A DNA stretch of 64,000 bases from Octopus sinensis (lineage: Eukaryota), in NCBI RefSeq assembly GCF_006345805.1, contig NC_043005.1:62868001-62932000 (forward strand), in the 5' to 3' direction. The notes below the pieces were generated by a model. It ran no database searches. It saw only the letters and a program-made list of their open reading frames with translations, and was not told the DNA's origin. This document shows, in pieces, positions 62,501-64,000 of this stretch. Each line of letters begins with the position of its first letter. Position 1 is the first letter of the stretch. The position numbers and the translations under genes were made by a program.

Positions 62501-62931
62501 AACCTCTACAAATGGTTTCAATACAGTTTTAATAGAAAGATTTGGAAGGATTGGATGACAGTTCTCCAGTAAATTTCTTTCATGTAAATAAATGTTTATG
62601 TTAATTTAACAACTTGCCAGCAAAATCTTATAAAATGGCAATGTTCTAAAAGATGTACAGTTAAATATACTAAAACACGGAGTAAAAGCAACCGTTCTGA
62701 TCACTTTGGCTGCCATGGGTTTTGCAGTAAATCACTAAATCATCCATAACTTTTGTCTTATCCTCTCAAATTACACCAAAATCTCAGACAATAACAACTA
62801 ATATTGTATTTATTATCTGTGAAATTTATATAATATAAAACAACTTTGATAAAAACTTATACCTACTTTTCTGACGAAAACAATGCCGTTCTGAACATTT
62901 TGGCCGCAACTGCATGTGTTTACATGTTATA

Positions 62932-63443
62932 TCTATATATATAAAACTCTAGTTGTGTGAGTGTCTGTCCCCTTCGATTTAGATTCCTAACTCCTCCCAC
63001 ATTTTGCGGTGCAGTTTAACCAAATACGGGTATCTTATAGTCGTGATTCATATCGAACCCGTCTGGCTATTAGCGCGCGTCAACGATGAGTCTACGATTT
63101 GAAAAATAATTTAACATCATTTTTTATTCCATTTTAATGCATAAAATGCATCGTATGTCGATGGCGGCGGAGTTGGTGTCCACGCTCACAGCTGCACCTG
63201 TTTGCTTCTCCCCCTTCCCTCCCTCGTGAAGCTGTGGGGAAGGGAGTGTAAAGAAATCAACGTCGTAATGCGTTGTGAAGGAGACCAGCGTTCTTTTAGA
63301 ACGACGACTTCATGGCTTGAAGACACCAAAACAGAAATGGCTAAGAAAGCCCGAATTGGCATCTATAAGGGAAGTAACTCTCTAAAAATGCTTATATAGT
63401 TATTTCCCTTACAAACCCGAGCAACGCCGGGCGATACTGCTAG
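62932..63443 (+). mobile_element. Non-autonomous Helitron, unit 1 of a head-to-tail array
   Basis: A|TCTATATATATAAAA ... CCCGAGCAACGCCGGGCGATACTGCTAG. Confidence 0.9.
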
Positions 63444-63832
63444 TCTTTATATATAAAAGAGAGGTTGTGTGCTGTCTGTCTCCTACGATTTAGATTCCTA
63501 ACTACTCCCACATTTTGCGGTGCAGTTTAACCAAAACCGGGTATCTTATAGTCGTGATTCATATCGAGCCCTTCTGGGTATTAGCACGCGTCTACGATGA
63601 GTCTACGATTTAAAAAAAAATTTACCATCAATTTTTCCCATTTTTAATGCATTTTTGGCATATATAAGGGAAGTAACTCTCTAAAAATTTATTATTAAAT
63701 CTCAGAACGTAAAAAGCTACGATAACACCGCCCCCCTTTGTGGTTAGCCATATTGAGATGGCTGTTATACTTTACATCTCTAAAAATGCTTATATAGTTC
63801 CAAACCCGAGCAACGCCAGGCGATACTACTAG
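63444..63832 (+). mobile_element. Non-autonomous Helitron, unit 2
   Basis: TCTTTATATATAAAA ... CCCGAGCAACGCCAGGCGATACTACTAG. Confidence 0.9.
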
Positions 63833-64000
63833 TCTTTATATATAAAAGTGAGGTTGTGTGCTGTCTGTCTCCTACGATTTAGATTCCTAATTACTCCCAC
63901 ATTTTGCGGTGCAGTTTAACCAAAACCGGGTATCTTATAGTCGAGATTCATATCGAGCCCTTCTACGATTAAAAAAAAAATTACCATCAATTTTTCCCAT
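63833..64000 (+). mobile_element. Non-autonomous Helitron, unit 3 (cut by window end; internal deletion relative to unit 2)
   Basis: First ~130 bp nearly identical to unit 2, then jumps from GAGCCCTT to CTACGATT. Confidence 0.9.

Noticed and set aside
1-64000. CRISPR arrays, rRNA, prokaryotic operons, viral genes
   Set aside because: None seen; repeats lack the constant-repeat/unique-spacer pattern and the sequence is eukaryotic repeat-rich DNA.

Overview
AT-rich, microsatellite-dense eukaryotic DNA. It is most probably octopus (coleoid cephalopod); that is an inference from the SINE/LINE families and microsatellite load, not from a database match. I found no intact, identifiable host gene, rRNA, true tRNA gene or CRISPR array. 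Most ORFs in the track are microsatellite or antisense-TE artefacts. The window is a mosaic of transposon fossils: four R4/Dong-like RLE LINE 3' ends in tandem (1-3.2 kb), a young 5'-truncated RTE with a PHD-like finger (26.8-28.2 kb), a young CR1-group LINE with one frameshift (42.9-44.8 kb), a Penelope-like element whose GIY and YIG motifs are about 190 codons apart (34-35.6 kb), a decayed Ty1/copia RT-RNase H (47.5-48.6 kb), a CRE-clade LINE (59.6-62.5 kb), maT/mariner, pogo and piggyBac relics and MITEs, non-autonomous Helitrons including a head-to-tail trimer (62.9-64 kb), and many modular tRNA-headed SINEs (family letters A-E are my own labels). Structures worth follow-up are a 5.2-kb degenerate 140-190 bp tandem array (14.8-20 kb), a possible heavily decayed protocadherin pseudogene (5.8-8.2 kb), a 516-bp foldback element (56.1-56.7 kb), and SINE tails whose partner LINEs (CR1-type and RTE) sit in the same window. 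Coordinates of decayed elements are approximate, and all alignments were made by eye.
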